Of a DNA stretch of 64,000 bases, positions 40,447-50,339 are shown piece by piece; the first letter of the stretch is position 1; every line of letters begins with the position of its first letter. The notes under the pieces were generated by a model. The model saw only the letters and a list, made by a program, of their open reading frames with translations, was not told the DNA's origin and made no database searches. Both the position numbers and the translations under genes were made by a program. The DNA comes from an uncultured Clostridium sp. (GTDB lineage Bacteria > Bacillota > Clostridia > TANB77 > CAG-508): contig URWN01000005.1 of NCBI GenBank assembly GCA_900551615.1, positions 1,987 to 65,986 of the forward strand. Reading direction: 5' to 3'.

Positions 40447-40522
40447 GCCAATATAGCTCAGTTGGTAGAGCAACGGATTCGTAACCCGTAGGTCAGCAGT
40501 TCGATTCTGCTTATTGGCTCCA
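40447..40522 (+). tRNA. tRNA-Thr (anticodon CGU)
   Basis: Cloverleaf by hand. The acceptor stem GCCAATA/TATTGGC is perfect. D-stem GCTC/GAGC with GG in the D-loop. Anticodon loop TTCGTAA (U33, CGT, A37). T-stem AGCAG/CTGCT with TTCGATT loop. CCA is encoded, and a terminator hairpin follows at 40532-40569. Confidence 0.85.
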
Positions 40523-40531
40523 TTTGAAAAC

Positions 40532-40569
40532 AACTTACGGACTAATTAAAGTTCGTAAGTTTTTATTTT
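40532..40569 (+). terminator. rho-independent terminator after the tRNA
   Basis: AACTTACGGA-ctaattaaag-TTCGTAAGTT followed by TTTTATTTT. Confidence 0.5.
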
Positions 40570-40675
40570 ATCCGTAGTCAGGTTTGGAAAGGCTTGTTCT
40601 ACCAAATATAAAGATAACGTTCTCTTTCTAGGAAGGAGGACATTTTTTATGCTTTAATTTAAAACAATTGAAGAA

Positions 40676-40927
40676 TTGAAACCTAATACTAAACTACTAG
40701 AACTTATTAAAGGCTTTACTTATAAAACTAAAAAAGGAAAAGTTAAAATTCTTCTAAATACTAATTTACAGTTTATTGAACCAACTGAATATTTAATTAC
40801 ATATCCTATTACTTTTACTATACTTGAATATAAAGTAAATGAGATTAGCAATAAACCATTTTACATTAAAGAGTGCAAAGAAAAGTATAATTTGAAAGAA
40901 ATTGAAACTTTTTTAAGAAATCTTTAA
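40676..40927 (+). CDS. hypothetical protein (83 aa, TTG start)
   Basis: ORF immediately upstream of the recombinase gene. No recognisable motifs. Confidence 0.3.
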   Translation: MKPNTKLLELIKGFTYKTKKGKVKILLNTNLQFIEPTEYLITYPITFTILEYKVNEISNKPFYIKECKEKYNLKEIETFLRNL

Positions 40928-41014
40928 TTTTTGACTATACTTTTTGCGTTTAAGTGAGGAAACATATGAGAGGTATATTAATATTTCTCAAAATTTAAGG
41001 AAAGGAGGAAAAAT

Positions 41015-42796
41015 ATGAGATGTGGAGTTTATGTAAGAGTTTCTACTGATGACCAAAGAGATAATGGTTATTCTATTGATTCTCAACTTCGAATGATTAA
41101 AGAATATTGTGAAAAGAATGATTATGATATTGTAGATGTATACAATGATGCAGGACATTCTGGAAAAGATTTAATGAGACCTGAAATGCAAAGATTACTT
41201 AAAGATATCAAATCCAAGAAAATTGATAAGTTAATTGCTATTAAAGTAGATAGATTAACTAGAAACAATTATGATGGTTTTTGGTTACTTAATTACTGCG
41301 AAGAACACGATGTTAAGATTGAATTAATACTTGAGCCTTATGATGTATCTACTGCTAATGGTGAAATGATATTTGGTATGAATTTAGTATTCGGTCAAAG
41401 AGAACGAAAAGAAATTGGAGCAAGAACTAAGCGCGCTATGGAAGAAATGGCTTTAGAAAAAATTCATCCAAGTAAAGCACCTTATGGTTATAATAGAAAT
41501 AAAGAAACTGGTCATTTAGAAATAGAACCTATTGAAGCACAAGTTGTAAAAGAAATATTTGAACTATGTAAAAAAGGACATTCTACTAGAAATATTGCAA
41601 CTATTATGAAAGATAATAATGCTTATTTAAAACAAAGTAGATGGGCATCAGACAGAGTTTATAAAATACTTACTAATTCTATTTATATTGGTATATTTGA
41701 ATATGGAAAGTATAAAAGAAAACCACAGGATGTATTAAGAGTTGAAGATTATTGTGAATCTATTATTGATATAAATACTTGGAACACGACAAGAGCAAAT
41801 CTAGAAAAGAATAAGCATACAAACTATGGGGAGCATATCCATTTATTTGCAGGATTAGTAAAATGTCCTTTATGTAATGAGATACTTGCAGCTAGTGAAT
41901 CATTTAAAAAGTATAAGAATGAAACTAAAATTTATTACCATTTGAGATGTAAAAATCATAATTGTAAAGGTTACGATTATCACTATAATTCAGATAAAAT
42001 TGAGGATAAATTAAAAAGAATTTTAAATGAATTAATTAGATTTATGTATGATAATTCTAATGAAATAATTACTTGTAGTTCTACTAAAAGCAAAGAAGTA
42101 AAAGAAATAGAAAAAGCAATTGAAAAGTTAAAAATTCAAGAGAAAAAATTAGTAGATTTATATTTAAGTTCTACCCTAGATGTGGAAACTATCAATCATA
42201 AAAATGATGTTATTAAAAAAGAAATTGATAAATTAACTAAAAAGAAAACTACACTTGATCCAGATAATGACTTTAAAGAATACACAGTAGAACTTCTTAA
42301 AAAGTTAGACTATGAAGAAGATAATGGAGATTTTACCTTTAAAAACAGTTTAAGTTTTGCTTATTTATTCGATAGTTTAAATAGAAAAGCACAGAAAGAA
42401 TTAATAAGTAGATTAATATCTTCTATTGAAATAACAAGAGATGATAACTACAATATTGAGATTAAAAATATCAAATTTACAGAAGAATTTATCTCAAAAA
42501 GTACAAAAGATTATATTGATTATTTAAATGAACTACTAACTGATAATAATATTGGTATAACTTATAAAGAACAAATTAATAAAGAAAAATTATTAGAATT
42601 AGAAAAAGATTATACCGTTATGTCATTAGTAAAAATGGAGAATAATCTATATTCGGAAGAAGAATTAAATAACTATATCGATTTAATGAAAGAACATTTC
42701 TATGTAGGTGGAATTATAAATTGTCCTTATGTTGAAAGTAATAATATAGTTGATACTTTAATTCTAATACCAAAAACTGAATTAATAAATGTTTAA
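41015..42796 (+). CDS. large serine recombinase (resolvase/invertase N-terminal domain plus recombinase and zinc-ribbon domains)
   Basis: N-terminal catalytic domain VYVRVSTDDQRDNGYSIDSQ (catalytic Ser), DRLTRN. The 593-aa length, a Cys cluster (CPLCNE...C..HNCKG) and a C-terminal coiled-coil are typical of phage or ICE LSR integrases. GGAGG RBS. Confidence 0.85.
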   Translation: MRCGVYVRVSTDDQRDNGYSIDSQLRMIKEYCEKNDYDIVDVYNDAGHSGKDLMRPEMQRLLKDIKSKKIDKLIAIKVDRLTRNNYDGFWLLNYCEEHDVKIELILEPYDVSTANGEMIFGMNLVFGQRERKEIGARTKRAMEEMALEKIHPSKAPYGYNRNKETGHLEIEPIEAQVVKEIFELCKKGHSTRNIATIMKDNNAYLKQSRWASDRVYKILTNSIYIGIFEYGKYKRKPQDVLRVEDYCESIIDINTWNTTRANLEKNKHTNYGEHIHLFAGLVKCPLCNEILAASESFKKYKNETKIYYHLRCKNHNCKGYDYHYNSDKIEDKLKRILNELIRFMYDNSNEIITCSSTKSKEVKEIEKAIEKLKIQEKKLVDLYLSSTLDVETINHKNDVIKKEIDKLTKKKTTLDPDNDFKEYTVELLKKLDYEEDNGDFTFKNSLSFAYLFDSLNRKAQKELISRLISSIEITRDDNYNIEIKNIKFTEEFISKSTKDYIDYLNELLTDNNIGITYKEQINKEKLLELEKDYTVMSLVKMENNLYSEEELNNYIDLMKEHFYVGGIINCPYVESNNIVDTLILIPKTELINV

Positions 42797-42967
42797 AATT
42801 AAGAAAGGAATGATAAAATTATAGAAATAAAATATACAAGACAAGGAGATTATTTAATACCAAATTTATATTTAGAAAATGATGAAGATTGTGGAAGAAT
42901 TGGCAAATATGGAATACTAAGATTACACTTTATTGCTCAAAATAAACAAGCACTTTATGAGGCACTT

Positions 42968-43177
42968 TTGATGAAAAATAAACTAACTCATCATCTTCTT
43001 TTAGTCAGTGATTCTTGTGAAAATTTATACAAAATACTAATAGAAAATTATATAAAAAATGCTGAAAGACTGTCTGAAAAAAGAAAAGAATTAAATCCAT
43101 TAGAATGGACGAAATTAATGAATAATTACAAAAATATGGCTGAAGAAATAGTCTTAAATGAATATGTTTTTGTATAA
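42968..43177 (+). CDS. hypothetical small protein (69 aa)
   Basis: ORF only. Confidence 0.25.
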   Translation: MMKNKLTHHLLLVSDSCENLYKILIENYIKNAERLSEKRKELNPLEWTKLMNNYKNMAEEIVLNEYVFV

Positions 43178-43278
43178 ATAATCTCAAAAAAAGAGGAAAA
43201 AATTATCAAAATAATTGAATCCTCTTTTTATATTATTCTTAATATGGGAGTATAAGTCGTGTCTAGCAAGCACTGAAT

Positions 43279-43974
43279 TTATACTCCCGCATAAATTCTA
43301 TTATGGGAATTCCCAGACCCTTTGCTAAAAAAAGTTTTAATAAAATTATTAAAAAATATGATATCACCCATTTTTTCTGGATGCCATTGAACAGCAATAA
43401 TATTTCCATTTTCTATTGCCTCAATTGTTCCATCTTCAGCAATTGCAGATGCTATAAAATTATTTGCTAATTTTTTAATAGATTGTTTATGAAATGAATT
43501 TACTTCAATACATTCTTCTATATTGTATGTATTACTTAAAAAAGTTTGTTTTTTTATTTTTATTGTATGTAATGCATCTTTCAAATTATGATTTTCTATT
43601 TTTTGGTTTAAGCTACCTCCAAAACAAACATTTATAGATTGAAGTCCTCCACAAATTCCTAAAATTGGTTTATTTGCACTTGAAAATAATTCAATTGCTG
43701 CTTTATCTAATTTAAATTCATCAATATCATAATTTTTTTCTGGAATGGGTTCTTCATTATAATAATGTGGTGGAATATCGATACAACTTCCTGTTACAAT
43801 AAGTCCATCGCATATCTCACATACTTTTTCTAAATTTTTATCTGAAACAATTGGAAATAATAATATATTTAACTTGTCAAATATATCTTTATAATGTTTA
43901 GTTAAATAATATCTGTAGTTAAAAGGTTCTTCTTCCTTTACATTTTCAAATCTCTCAATTATTGCTAATATCAT
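43279..43974 (-). CDS. class I glutamine amidotransferase-like / peptidase C26 gamma-glutamyl hydrolase family protein (PuuD-like)
   Basis: Nucleophile elbow ILGICGGLQSIN and the conserved VQWHPE His motif. Confidence 0.65.
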   Translation of the reverse strand: MILAIIERFENVKEEEPFNYRYYLTKHYKDIFDKLNILLFPIVSDKNLEKVCEICDGLIVTGSCIDIPPHYYNEEPIPEKNYDIDEFKLDKAAIELFSSANKPILGICGGLQSINVCFGGSLNQKIENHNLKDALHTIKIKKQTFLSNTYNIEECIEVNSFHKQSIKKLANNFIASAIAEDGTIEAIENGNIIAVQWHPEKMGDIIFFNNFIKTFFSKGSGNSHNRIYAGV

Positions 43975-44572
43975 TTTTATACTCCTTTATATTTCTAATT
44001 TTATAGTATATATCATACCAACTATATGCTCTTGTTATATTATCAAATTCAAAATTTCTATTATATGGATAATCAAATATTATTATATTAGTTTTGCCAA
44101 TTAATTTTCTTAAATTATTTGGATCATCTTCAATCATAATATCTATACAATTATTTTGGCAATATTCCCCTTTGTTTTTTACATCAAAAACAATTTTATC
44201 ATAATAAATATTATTATCCTTTAACCATTTTTTTGTAATACTTTCTACTTCTTTCTTTAGAGAATTAGAAAACCATTCATCATTATTTCTTCTGGCTGTA
44301 ATTATATATATTTCGTTACCTTCATTTTTAAGTTTTTTTATAACTTCAGCTGAGTGTTTCTTTGCTGGTAATGTAATAACTAAATCTTTTCTATATTTAT
44401 TCCAAAATTTATGTGCTATATCTTCTCCCCATAAAAACATATCTGTAGTATCTATTACATTTATATTTTCTAATTTATATTTACCTAATTCATTGCAAAA
44501 TTTAGTTCCATAATCTATACAAAAATTATACTGTGAATTTAAAACACCATCAATATCTATTCCTATTTTCAT
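43955..44572 (-). CDS. HAD-superfamily 5'(3')-deoxyribonucleotidase-like protein (YorS/NT5C family)
   Basis: MKIGIDIDGVLN DxDGV motif. Paralogous to the N-terminal domain of the 16806-18242 fusion protein. Confidence 0.6.
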   Translation of the reverse strand: MKIGIDIDGVLNSQYNFCIDYGTKFCNELGKYKLENINVIDTTDMFLWGEDIAHKFWNKYRKDLVITLPAKKHSAEVIKKLKNEGNEIYIITARRNNDEWFSNSLKKEVESITKKWLKDNNIYYDKIVFDVKNKGEYCQNNCIDIMIEDDPNNLRKLIGKTNIIIFDYPYNRNFEFDNITRAYSWYDIYYKIRNIKEYKNDISNN

Positions 44573-44995
44573 TTATTCCTCCAAAAGTTATAATCTAATA
44601 AAAATTATACTATAAAATAATAAAACTTTCAATACTCTCATTGAAATTTAATAATAATTCATATATAATATTTTTAGAAAGAGGGCGTTATGGTTCGTAA
44701 GCTGTTGCTTAACCGCTCCATAATGCGTTTTCGCCAAACTTCTTGAAAGTATTGCAACAAGTTAGTTTAAAGGAAATGAAAAGGTGAATATCATTTCACA
44801 AAATATAAGTCGATTTAGTCGGCTTATTTTTTGCTTTTTAGAAATAAAATTATGGAAATGGAAAAAGAAGAACAAAATCAAGTTACATTGTATTTATTTA
44901 ATTCTATAAATTCTAAAGTTTGCCAAGATAATACTTAGATTCAATATCTAAAAGAGTAAAATCGGTGCAGTTATAAACTACACCGATTGCTCGTA

Positions 44996-45426
44996 TCACA
45001 TTTTTGCTCCGTACAATCTCACGGTTGAAACATGATAGCCATTGTCGAACGCAATAGATGTGAAACTGTCTTTGTGAAAATCATCCGCAGTTTGAGGTTT
45101 TTCAATGATTTCAAATGCTTTGACAAAATAAAGATTATGTTCATTAATTTGGGAAAGAACTTCACTGACACTTGGTTTAAAAAATCCATAGTATGAGTAG
45201 CTGTGCAAACAAAATCTCGACCTTCCAAAACCTCAAGCTCGTCTTTACCCACTTCTTCTCTCACATCTTCTTCATAATTCCACAGATAGCTGATGTCACT
45301 AAGTTCTTCGAGAGTATATTCTCGAAAATAGTGCAATTTGCCATTCACCGTGATAACTGGCTTAATCTGTTTGTACCGTTTCATCATCTCCTCATCAGAG
45401 ATTTTAGGAATTGATACTTCAAACAT
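44996..45426 (-). pseudogene. hypothetical protein on a higher-GC patch, apparently frameshifted near 45200
   Basis: ORFs 45019-45426 and 44996-45208 overlap in two frames. The N-terminal frame becomes low-complexity after ...RDFVCTATH, while the other frame continues protein-like (HSYSYYGFFKPSVSEVLSQINEH...). Local GC is about 40% against about 25% in the flanks. Confidence 0.4.
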
Positions 45427-45631
45427 TGTGATTACCTCCTTAAATTTTCTTGGAGATTAGAAACCTCCAAGTTGTTGACTTATTGGTTTCTAAAACAATA
45501 CTGACATTTATATATTATCATAATTTACATAAATTTTCAACTTTTCTGAAAATTTTTTGAAACTTACTAAAAAATATGTTATAAAAGTATTGATAAATTA
45601 AGTTTGTAAGTTGTTATTTATATAAAATTTT

Positions 45632-46303
45632 CTATTTTTTACTTATATATTCATTAATAAATTTTTCAAAAAAATTTAAATCGTTCATTATTTCCGGATG
45701 CCACTGAACTCCAATCAGATTACCTTTTTCGATTCCTTCAATATATCCATCAGAACTAACGGCTGATACAGAAAAATTTGGAGCTAAATCTTTAATTGCT
45801 TGATGGTGATAAGAATTAACAGTTATACTTTCCCTATTATAAACTTTATATAAAAAAGAGTTTTTTTCAATTCTTACTGTATGCATTGTATTTGTGCTTG
45901 TTTTTTCAGTGAGATAGTGATTTGGAATATTTTGGTATAATGTTCCTCCAAAAATAACATTTAGTTCCTGAATACCTGCACAAATACCTAGTATTGGTTT
46001 TTCTACTTTACTAAATAAGGTAACAGCTTTTTTTACTAATGGAAATTCATCAATCTTATATTCAATATTAGAATCAGGTTGTTCTCCATAATAAGCAGGA
46101 TATATATTATTTGGACCACCTGTTATCAATAATGCATCACAATAATCAACGATTTGTTCCATATTATTTTCAGACAGTATAGGAATTAACAATATTCCAA
46201 GTTTCATTAAACACTCAATATAATAGTTCTTTATAAATATTTCTTTTCTTAAATTATTATTTGTTTCATAATATCTACTTCTAGCAATAATAGCCATTTT
46301 CAT
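45632..46303 (-). CDS. peptidase C26 / gamma-glutamyl hydrolase family protein, second paralog
   Basis: ILGICAGIQELN nucleophile elbow and VQWHPE. About 40-45% identical to the 43279-43974 product. Confidence 0.65.
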   Translation of the reverse strand: MKMAIIARSRYYETNNNLRKEIFIKNYYIECLMKLGILLIPILSENNMEQIVDYCDALLITGGPNNIYPAYYGEQPDSNIEYKIDEFPLVKKAVTLFSKVEKPILGICAGIQELNVIFGGTLYQNIPNHYLTEKTSTNTMHTVRIEKNSFLYKVYNRESITVNSYHHQAIKDLAPNFSVSAVSSDGYIEGIEKGNLIGVQWHPEIMNDLNFFEKFINEYISKK

Positions 46304-46452
46304 AGCATTTTCCCCCTTGTTTTTATATTTTAATAATTCATTTTATAATTTCTTAAATAACTTTATTGTTAAACATAATATAAGGTATTATAAATCCTAA
46401 AATCATAAATGCTATAGAAGATAGTAATAATATACTAAAATAATTAGTATTA

Positions 46453-47850
46453 TTACATTTGCATATTTTTTAATCTTATCAACTCTTCCTTTGCCTCAAC
46501 TAATTCATCAGAAACATCCTCTAATAATTCAACAGCCATATTAATATCCTGTTTTACACCAATTTCCAAATTTCCACATTCATAAAAATACTTAGCCAAA
46601 TTATATTTAGACCAAGGGCACAAAATAAATTTAGGACTTTCACTTGATACAGTATAATACTCAAATGCCTTCTTTAAATCCTTTTTACCTACAACACCCT
46701 TCCTATAAAAATCCCCTATTTTATTTGCAGCCCAACTTTCACCTGAATCAGCTGAAACAAGATAATAGTCAAATGCCTTTTTATAATCCTTTTCATCTTC
46801 ACATATCTTACCTAAATTATTATAAGCATAAATATTTCCCAAAGATTTAGCCTTTTTAAACATTTCAATAGCCTTATCCCTATTCTTTTTAATATGTGGC
46901 ATATTACCATTTAATATAATTAATCCAAAGCTATTAAATGCATTAGAACATTTAAGTTTTCTCGCTTTATTAAAATACTTGAAAGCTAAATATAAATCTC
47001 TTTTTGATTTATTTCCAATATATCCTTCATAATATAAATATCCTATTGCCCAATTAGCTACAGGATGATTATGTTCGGCAGCAATTTTATAATATTTATA
47101 TGCTTCTTCATATCTTTTTTTACCTGTAATTATTCCATAAAATTCCATTGATGCAATTTCAAAACAAGCAAAAGGATTATCTTTTTTTGCTAATTCTTTA
47201 ATACCTCTTATTGACAAAATTCCTGAATTTAATTGAATATCAATAAATTCTTGAATATCATTAAAAGAAATATTTGTATCATATATACTTTTTTCAACAA
47301 TATCATTTAACTGCTCATTAATATATATTGGTTGTTTTTTATCTAATATGACATAAAATAAAACTTGAGCCATAAAATCATATAAATTATTTTCTTCTAA
47401 ATTTTTATACAATTCGTTTGATAATCTTATACTTACATCTGAATCATTTTTACTTATATTATATAGTCTATTACATATATGTTTCAATTTGAAATTTTCA
47501 TTTATCTGATCAATAGTAATATTATCAGCCTTAATTTCTTTACCTTCAATTAATTCTAATATTTTTCCAACAGCTGCGGTTAAAACATTTTTATCTTGCT
47601 CAAATATGTTTTCAATTTCTTTAAAATAACTTCTATATTTAGGGTTTATTGCTCTAAAACCTGTACAATAATTATTAACAGTACTATCTGCGATATTATA
47701 CGTATTAAATATTATTGCAAATAAATCAGATTGCAAAAACATATTAGTGTTATTTGCTTCTTCCTTTATAATCCTAAATACATTTCCTAAAGAAAGATAA
47801 TTATCATTTATATTTAATCTTATAAATTTTCTTTGTAACATAAAAATCAC
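46453..47850 (-). CDS. Sel1/TPR-repeat protein with a unique N-terminal domain
   Basis: C-terminal half has repeated Sel1-like units (A..YYKIAAEHNHPVANWAIGYLYYEG, AFKYFNKA..., AFDYYLVSADSGESWAANKIGDFYRKG, AFEYY...). Confidence 0.7.
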   Translation of the reverse strand: MIFMLQRKFIRLNINDNYLSLGNVFRIIKEEANNTNMFLQSDLFAIIFNTYNIADSTVNNYCTGFRAINPKYRSYFKEIENIFEQDKNVLTAAVGKILELIEGKEIKADNITIDQINENFKLKHICNRLYNISKNDSDVSIRLSNELYKNLEENNLYDFMAQVLFYVILDKKQPIYINEQLNDIVEKSIYDTNISFNDIQEFIDIQLNSGILSIRGIKELAKKDNPFACFEIASMEFYGIITGKKRYEEAYKYYKIAAEHNHPVANWAIGYLYYEGYIGNKSKRDLYLAFKYFNKARKLKCSNAFNSFGLIILNGNMPHIKKNRDKAIEMFKKAKSLGNIYAYNNLGKICEDEKDYKKAFDYYLVSADSGESWAANKIGDFYRKGVVGKKDLKKAFEYYTVSSESPKFILCPWSKYNLAKYFYECGNLEIGVKQDINMAVELLEDVSDELVEAKEELIRLKNMQM

Positions 47851-47936
47851 TCCTTAATAATTATACTACCAAAAGAACTTTCAGTCAATTTTATTTGTGA
47901 ATTTGACGTGAATTATGTTTTTTTGTGTGAATTTAT

Positions 47937-48776
47937 GTGAGTTGTTTTTTATATAATAAAAATATAAAATGTTATAGAAAAAATTTTAGGAGTGTGATTT
48001 CAATAAAAACAATTATAAATAATTTAAATATAAACTACATAAAAAAAGGAAATGGAAAAGCTGTTTTGATTCTTCCTGGTTGGGGTACAAATATTAATAC
48101 TTACATGCCAATTATCAACTCTCTTTCTACCTACCACACTGTATATTGTTTAGATATGCCTGGTTTTGGAGAATCTGAAGAACCTAATACTAGCTGGAAT
48201 TTGGATGATTATGTAACATTTGTTATTGATTTTATAAAAAGTCAAAATATAAATGAACTATCTTTAATAGGGCATTCTAACGGTGGAAGAATTATAATAA
48301 AACTTATGAATGAAAAAAATTTAAGTTTTAAAGTAAACAAAATAATTTTAATTGGAAGTGCTGGAATAGTTCATGAAAAAACTTTATATCAAAATTCAAA
48401 AGTGAAATTAGCCAAAATTGGTAAAAATATTTTAGAGTTAAAACCTATCAAAAAAATTTTTCCAAATTTAATTACGAAATTAAAAAATAATTTTGGTTCA
48501 GAAGATTACAAAAATGCAAGTCCAATAATGAAAGAAACTTTAGTACAGTTAATAAATTATGATTTACGAGAATTTTTACCAAATATAAATGTCCCTACTC
48601 TATTAATATGGGGTTCTAATGATACAGCCACACCTATATCTGATGGAGAACTTATGGAAAAGCTTATACCAGATGCAGGCCTAATAAGAATAGAAAATTG
48701 TTCTCATTATGTATTTTTAGAACAACCTGGATACGTAAATAAAATAATAAATACATTTCTTGATGGAGGTAACTAA
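47937..48776 (+). CDS. alpha/beta-fold hydrolase
   Basis: Nucleophile elbow GHSNGG, an acid residue expected in GSNDTATP, and a His in NCSHYVFLEQP. The true start is probably GTG at about 47993, 6 nt after AGGAG. TAATG overlap with the next gene. Confidence 0.7.
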   Translation: MSCFLYNKNIKCYRKNFRSVISIKTIINNLNINYIKKGNGKAVLILPGWGTNINTYMPIINSLSTYHTVYCLDMPGFGESEEPNTSWNLDDYVTFVIDFIKSQNINELSLIGHSNGGRIIIKLMNEKNLSFKVNKIILIGSAGIVHEKTLYQNSKVKLAKIGKNILELKPIKKIFPNLITKLKNNFGSEDYKNASPIMKETLVQLINYDLREFLPNINVPTLLIWGSNDTATPISDGELMEKLIPDAGLIRIENCSHYVFLEQPGYVNKIINTFLDGGN

Positions 48777-50323
48777 TGGAACAAATTATTATTACAGAAT
48801 ATATAATAAATTTAGTTGTTTTGCTAGTATTTCATATGCATATGTTTCAACTAAATTCCTATTTCTTTAAAAAGCAATTGCATTGGATAAAAAATAATTA
48901 TAAAAAGATTGTCTTGCAAATTTTATTAATAGCATTTCCAACACTGCTATTAACATTTAATAATGTTACAACTTCTATAATCGCTATAATATTTTTAGCT
49001 TTATCGATTTTTTATAATATACCTAAAAAGAAAGCAAAAATTCCTTTTAAATTTACAAACAGAGTTAAAAGAATGTTTATAACAGAAATATTATTGATTT
49101 TGCTTATATTTATAACTGCAAATAGTACAAATCTAATTTTTATAAAACTTTGCATTTTAAATATCTTATCCCCTATCATAGCTCTTATAGCAAATTTTAT
49201 AAATTCTCCTATTGAACTATTAGGAAAAAGATACTATATCAATCAAGCAAAAAAAATATTAAAAGATATGCCTAATTTATTAGTCATCGGTGTTACAGGA
49301 AGTTATGGAAAAACAAGTGTTAAAAATTTTTTAGCAAATACTTTATCTTCCAAATATGAAGTATTGGTAACTCCAAAAAATTATAATACCACTATGGGTG
49401 TTGTAAAAACAATAAGAGAAAATTTAAAACCATTTCATCAAATTTTTATATGTGAAATGGGAGCTACACATATTGGTGATATAAAAGAAATTTGCGATAT
49501 AGTAGAACCTAAAATTGGAATTATTACAGCAATAGGTCCTCAACATTTAGAAAGTTTTAAATCTATTGATAATATAATAAAAACAAAATTTGAGTTAATG
49601 GATAGTGTTACAAAAAATAATGGTATTACATTTTTGAATTATAATAATAAATATATTGCAAAACAAGATTTAAATAAAAATATTTTAACATATGGTGTTG
49701 ATAATAAAAATTTAGACTATAACAGTTTTAATTTAACCTCATCTTCTAGAGGACTTTCATTTACATTATCATCTAATAAATCAAAAGAAAAATTGGAATT
49801 TAAAACAAAACTTATCGGAAAACACAATGTTATAAATCTAACTGGTGCAATAGGTGTTTCAAATTATTTAGGTATTCCATTAAATAAAATTGTAAACTCT
49901 GTACGAGAAATTAAAAACGTAGAACATAGATTAGAATTAATCCCTCATGGAAACTTAAATATAATTGATGATTCTTATAATTCTAACCCTATAAGCTCTA
50001 AATCAGCATTAGATACTTTGGCAGAATTTGAAGGAACAAAAATAATCGTTACTCCTGGATTAATAGAACTAGGTAAAGATGAAGAAAAATATAATTTTGA
50101 ACTTGGTAAATACATGGTAAATATATGTGATTATATATTTTTAGTAAATAGTAAATCATCAAAATATATTTTAGAAGGTATTAATTCTATGAATTTTAAT
50201 GAAGATAAAATCTTTATTGTAAATACCTCTCAAGAAGCTATGCAACATATATCTCAATTAACTATTAATAATAAGGTAACTGTTTTGCTAGAAAATGATT
50301 TACCTGATAATTATAATATATAG
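48776..50323 (+). CDS. Mur ligase family protein, MurF-like central and C-terminal domains, with the N-terminal domain replaced by a 4-TM membrane anchor of about 150 aa
   Basis: P-loop LLVIGVTGSYGKTSVKNFLANTL aligns with MurF VVALTGSSGKTS. Downstream Mur ligase motifs are present (ICEMGATHIGDI, TAIGPQHLE, DDSYNSNP). Residues 1-150 form four strongly hydrophobic segments. Translationally coupled to the hydrolase gene. Confidence 0.8.
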   Translation: MEQIIITEYIINLVVLLVFHMHMFQLNSYFFKKQLHWIKNNYKKIVLQILLIAFPTLLLTFNNVTTSIIAIIFLALSIFYNIPKKKAKIPFKFTNRVKRMFITEILLILLIFITANSTNLIFIKLCILNILSPIIALIANFINSPIELLGKRYYINQAKKILKDMPNLLVIGVTGSYGKTSVKNFLANTLSSKYEVLVTPKNYNTTMGVVKTIRENLKPFHQIFICEMGATHIGDIKEICDIVEPKIGIITAIGPQHLESFKSIDNIIKTKFELMDSVTKNNGITFLNYNNKYIAKQDLNKNILTYGVDNKNLDYNSFNLTSSSRGLSFTLSSNKSKEKLEFKTKLIGKHNVINLTGAIGVSNYLGIPLNKIVNSVREIKNVEHRLELIPHGNLNIIDDSYNSNPISSKSALDTLAEFEGTKIIVTPGLIELGKDEEKYNFELGKYMVNICDYIFLVNSKSSKYILEGINSMNFNEDKIFIVNTSQEAMQHISQLTINNKVTVLLENDLPDNYNI

Positions 50324-50339
50324 AAAGGATTTGATAATT

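Larger units (their letters stand above)
40523..47900. mobile_element. putative integrated element at the tRNA-Thr 3' end (serine-recombinase-borne island; distal boundary undefined)
   Basis: The tRNA is immediately followed by a large serine recombinase gene. The cargo is accessory-like (paralogous hydrolases, Sel1 protein) and includes a 0.75-kb higher-GC patch with a frameshifted gene. No att repeats could be identified by eye. Confidence 0.35.

Noticed and set aside
47895-47940. GTGAATTT direct repeats (x3) upstream of the alpha/beta-hydrolase gene as a regulator site
   Set aside because: The repeats are short and AT-rich, so chance occurrence in this genome is plausible. Part of the region may be translated if the ORF starts at 47937. 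Kept as a note only.
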